Shown in pieces: positions 59,427 to 64,000 of a DNA stretch of 64,000 nucleotides. Made by a program: the position numbers and the translations under genes. The stretch's first letter is position 1; every line of letters begins with the position of its first letter. The notes beneath the pieces were generated by a model. That model ran no database searches and had not been told where the DNA came from. It saw nothing but the letters and a program-made list of their open reading frames with translations. The stretch is from Bispira polyomma (Eukaryota). The stretch covers positions 20,770,001 to 20,834,000 of the forward strand of contig OZ287749.1 of assembly GCA_965649765.1 (NCBI GenBank). The letters are read 5' to 3'.

Positions 59427-62400
59427 ATTTCCTCCAGCAATGATAAGAATAGGACAATATAGTCGATGACTTACAGGAATATATAGCTTACTAAACTTAT
59501 AAACAGTTTCCAGCAGCTGATTTTAACAATCATCAATTTTAGGGATCAATAAAAAAAAAACACCCAAAACTTGGGACTATCTGAAAGAGGGTCATACTAT
59601 TATTGCATCAACAATATAAAATAATAAAAGTCGCAGGATTTTCAATCAGTACATTATTGCCGTAATTGTGTTGATAGAGAGGCACCCTCTCAATTACTAC
59701 AAAATGGTTTCATAAGATCTCAGCTGAACTGAGCACATTACTATAAGGCCAGAAACCCAATGATACAATCATTATATGAATGAAGAAGATTGCCTTTTGC
59801 CCATTTTTATTTGGTAAATCCAATTTGCCTTGACTGGTTTTCATCACATTTGATTACGTGGTGCTATTAACCCTCGTGAAACTTGTTGGGAAAAGAAATC
59901 TGACAAAAAAAGTCAACTTTCTACTTTTTTTTACAAAAATAATGTGACATTACTTATTGGATATAACTTATCTCTATACTTATAGGATGACATGGGTATC
60001 TTGCAAATCATGAAGCAATGTTAAAAACCCTAGAAATCATGTCTGAATTACTGAATACCATTTGATACCTTCAAAACAGGTTTTCTTATAGCCTTGTGTT
60101 TAATTAATGGTTTACTACTTTGTTTGTATTTATCATCAAAAGGTCTTAAACTTTAAGCCTACGACTTGGCTAAGTCTGTTAGTGAATACGGGTCCAGGAC
60201 AAGTTGGCATTCATTTCAGTAAGCAACTCAAATATGTAGTTACAATTCAGATATCTTTCTAATACATTAAGATATTTTAGCATATAGATTAAAATAAGTT
60301 TCCTTTTTTAAGACTTTTTTTATAAATATAGGCGCAGGTACGGAAACTCCGAAATATTTAAAGTGTATTTAATTTTAGTCTACAACATAGACGTTGCTGT
60401 AAACCCTCAATTTATGACAATATCCTAATTTAAACTGAGTTGTCGCCTTCCTTTCCATTTCCCTTATATGCATATATGACTCCAAAGGACTGCTTTCTTG
60501 TATTAGGGATTTCTAAATAAAACTGTTAAATATCTGCTATTTTAAAAAGGCAACAAAAACACTATGAGAAGACAATATATATATACATGTAAACTCCTTG
60601 TGACCTATTAATAACCTTGGAGAAACTAAATAATCAAAAGTCACCCATGGAGATTTGACATGGCAAAAAAATGAGGCAGCAATGTTGTCCAATATCACTT
60701 GTACTTAGTGCTGACAAGAGCACAATAAACTTGCTATTGACACGAAATACCAGAGAAATTTCCGAGTGCAATTCCCACAAAAGCGAGAAATGATAAAGTA
60801 CTCACAATTTACCATTAATATTTTATAAAAGCATTCCCACACACAACGGAATGCTCTCCCTAGTATATTTTTCCCCTATTCTCTCTTTCTCCTAGGTATT
60901 ATTGTTTTCATCATAAGAGCTGAGAAAAATCCCAGGGGTGAAATAGTTTCCCCTGCAGGTAGAAAAAAAGATAATGACAGAATCAATGGGGTAAAAACTG
61001 TAGTAAGGCATCATCCATAGCCACTAAAATAAACTACAAAACACCCATGGATATGAGAACACATCTTCAGTTTTGGGGCAGAGAGAAAAAAAAGGTGCCG
61101 AGTTTTTCTTTTTTATTAAAGGGATCCTATTGTTTCAACAGGCAGTAACATCCCCGCAGTGTATGTGAGTAGGTTATCAGTGGAGAGGTGCTAATGTAAG
61201 TAATAGTTGTTTATACTTGGTCATAGAGCATCAATTTGCTGTCTGGAAGCATTTGCCTTGTGAAAATATAAATACCGTATACCCACACCCACAAAGTATA
61301 TACAGTAGAACCTCTATTTTGCGGACATCTCGGGAAAGGGAGAATTTGTTTGGCTAATAGAAGGTCCCTAAAATAGAAGTGGCTGATTAGTATGAAACTA
61401 GCAAAAAATAAGTGTGGGAGAGTAAAATTGAGTCCGTAAAATCAAATATTCAGATAATAGAGGGTCAAATACTCACACCTACAAAATATATAGGTCAGCC
61501 TCACTAAAAATAACAGCCCAGCTGCCTGGGTAACACAGTTAGCTGTCAGTATCTATGTGAAAGGATACCAGTCAGAAACGCACCAAACCATAACGCACCC
61601 TCAATAATGCCATCTCCAAAATGTTTATATTATTCTCCCTTATTATTTCTTAAGGTAATTAGTACTCTTTTATTAACAGTTATTCTTTTGATATCGTTTT
61701 AACCTTATAATATATATGTTATAGGTTAATAGTTGTTAAACAAGGTACCGTTTTCAGGGTGGCAATCTTGGGTTATTTTCTGGGTTTGTTGGCATTCAGA
61801 CCATATTTCATGTAAAAGATGTATACTGGTTTGAAGTTGTTAATTATGGCTACCTTTATACCACATCATTTATTTGCATATTGGCGGTATAGTAGGCCGT
61901 ACAAAAAGGATCTTCCTTAAATTGTCTTTCCACATTGTTATATCGGCTGTTCCATCAAGCGGAAGTATACCCCTGAAACTCGTCCAGATAAGATTTACAG
62001 ACAGAAACCGACGGGAACAGACGAATACTGGCACGGAAGACTTATAGTAGTTTTACAGAAATAATTTGAAACACCGCTAATATGAGAACAGGGCATTATT
62101 AAACCACAGTGATTTCAGTAATATACACTCAAATTCACCCACCCCAACCCATCTAATACTCTGTACATTTGCTATTTACAACAAAGTTTATAGATTTCTG
62201 GAGAAATTTGCATTAACACCATCTATTAGGATATATCTATTTTGAAGTTTTTAACTGCCATCATTTTAGATAAATTTAGGATACATGTAAACAAGTAAGT
62301 TTTCTGACACAAAGAATATCTACACAAACATGTGTGCCTCTAAAATCCAATTTGCAAAACAAAACTGGTAGATACCATACAAGTGATTTAATCAAAAAAT

Positions 62401-64000
62401 ATCCATCTTACACTTTTTTTTAATCTTAACATACAAATCTTTTGAAAAAAAATGTGTGAGACAGAGAAAAGATTTCTTTTTAAGTTTCTAACCATGCATA
62501 TTTTTACTTAATACATCACCGTTTTTACCCGCCATGGTCAACTGTCAAGGGGCTTTGATGGGAGATTTCTCTATTTACAAATTCTGTAGACATATCAAGA
62601 GTCTGTGCTGCTACAGAGGCATGAAGATAGCAGGGTCAGAGCATCCCTCCTGACATTAATTCTACCATCACATGTAATTACTGCACTGATGTGTCACTGT
62701 TGTTTGTTTATTTTTTTTCCTTCCACTAACCATTCCTCTAGTTCATTCTATGTTAACAACCTCTCAGCACACACTGATTACAGTAAAGTGGCTAGTTCTT
62801 GCCCCACTAGCTATTTTGTGAGTGTGCATCACGTTCCTCAAACTATGTACAGAAGACTCTGTATAATTAGAACCTCCAAATACTACAAGATTTGGTTCTA
62901 ATTATAGCAAAGTTCTACTTATGCCTAAAAAAATACAGCATTTTCTGATGTTAGGACCTCAAAACTGGTTCCACTTACACCTAAATTCGACTTACACTGG
63001 TTCTACTTACACAGAGTCTACTGCATATGTATATATAACAGACTTTCTAGAATTAAAACGGGTCAAACTACTCAAATTTTTCTATAACTGAAAGCTATTC
63101 TCTGACCTGTACCAACCTTCTAAAATACTGTTATAAATTAGGTTTAAGTAGAACTTAACCATAATTAGAACTAAATTCTTAGGATATTGGAGATTTGACT
63201 ATAACAGAGTTTATATTGTAATTTAAATAGCTGAGCTGTTTAGCTACAAATTTATTTTTGCTTTGACTCTCACCTTTCATGTTTGTAAGAGATTCCCTAT
63301 TTAGACCTACTGTTATTTAATTAGATTGCAATGCACTTATAGTTCTGCATGGATTTACACTCCCTTGAGGTCAAATTTAACCATGACCCCTGCTAATCTA
63401 GGACACTATTGGCTAATTAAATTTGTGTTGAGACCAAATCAAATAATACTTTCTTTAGAGCATTTTTTATTTGGGTTTAGAATGTATATATGTCTCATTG
63501 CCTTTTTTAATCTCCTATAAGTCATGTTTATTTCATATCAAATTGGCTGCCAAATGATGAAATATTGTTCTTGTATGACCCTTCAAATAAGAAATTGCAT
63601 ATCCCTCCGAAACAGACATATCTTAATTATGAATGAAGAAGTTAATCAAGCACTGCATTTTTTACGAGGGGCAGACATCTTCTTTGGTGTGAGAAAAGAG
63701 ATGATTTGGCAAATAAATAAGAGACAAATAAAACACGCAATATTTGCATAGACTGACAGAAGCCATAGGAAAGTCCTTCCCTCAAAAGACCCAATTACTT
63801 CAGCCCCTTCTTTATGGGGAAACCATTTCCTTTCTCTCTAAAAATACTTCATAAATTAACTAGAGATATCTGTGTCTTCCCATATACCCAAAGAAGCCCC
63901 AAAAAGTATATATCTATACCCTAATATATAACTGTCTTTTACACAACATAATCTTGTGGATAACTTTAATATTAATCAACTGAGTATAAAGAATTTAACC

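Overview
AT-rich, intron-rich animal genomic DNA, probably from a mollusc or other lophotrochozoan (inferred from repeat types and gene families). It carries three spliced protein-coding genes, reconstructed by hand with consistent intron phases. (1) An hnRNP M/MYEF2-family gene with three RRMs (+, 5'-partial, exons 859-9718). It has two U12-type minor introns at exactly homologous positions in RRM2 and RRM3, and an apparently long, repeat-free 3' region containing two hairpin-masked 5' splice sites. (2) A complete 4-exon CFAP141/C1orf189 gene (+, 23675-29693, 120 aa). (3) A secreted class-2 semaphorin (Sema-PSI-Ig; -, 15 exons, 53013-36904, 5'-partial). Also present are two convergent tRNA-Pro genes (TGG, AGG), several tRNA-derived SINE families with target-site duplications, L2 LINE debris, Helentron-associated (HINE-like) elements carrying ~142-bp satellite arrays, MITEs and minisatellites. 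A minimal type I hammerhead ribozyme motif lies at 42583-42632, and tandem duplications of exon ends with their splice sites occur in two genes. Most listed ORFs are artefacts of exons, repeats or low complexity.
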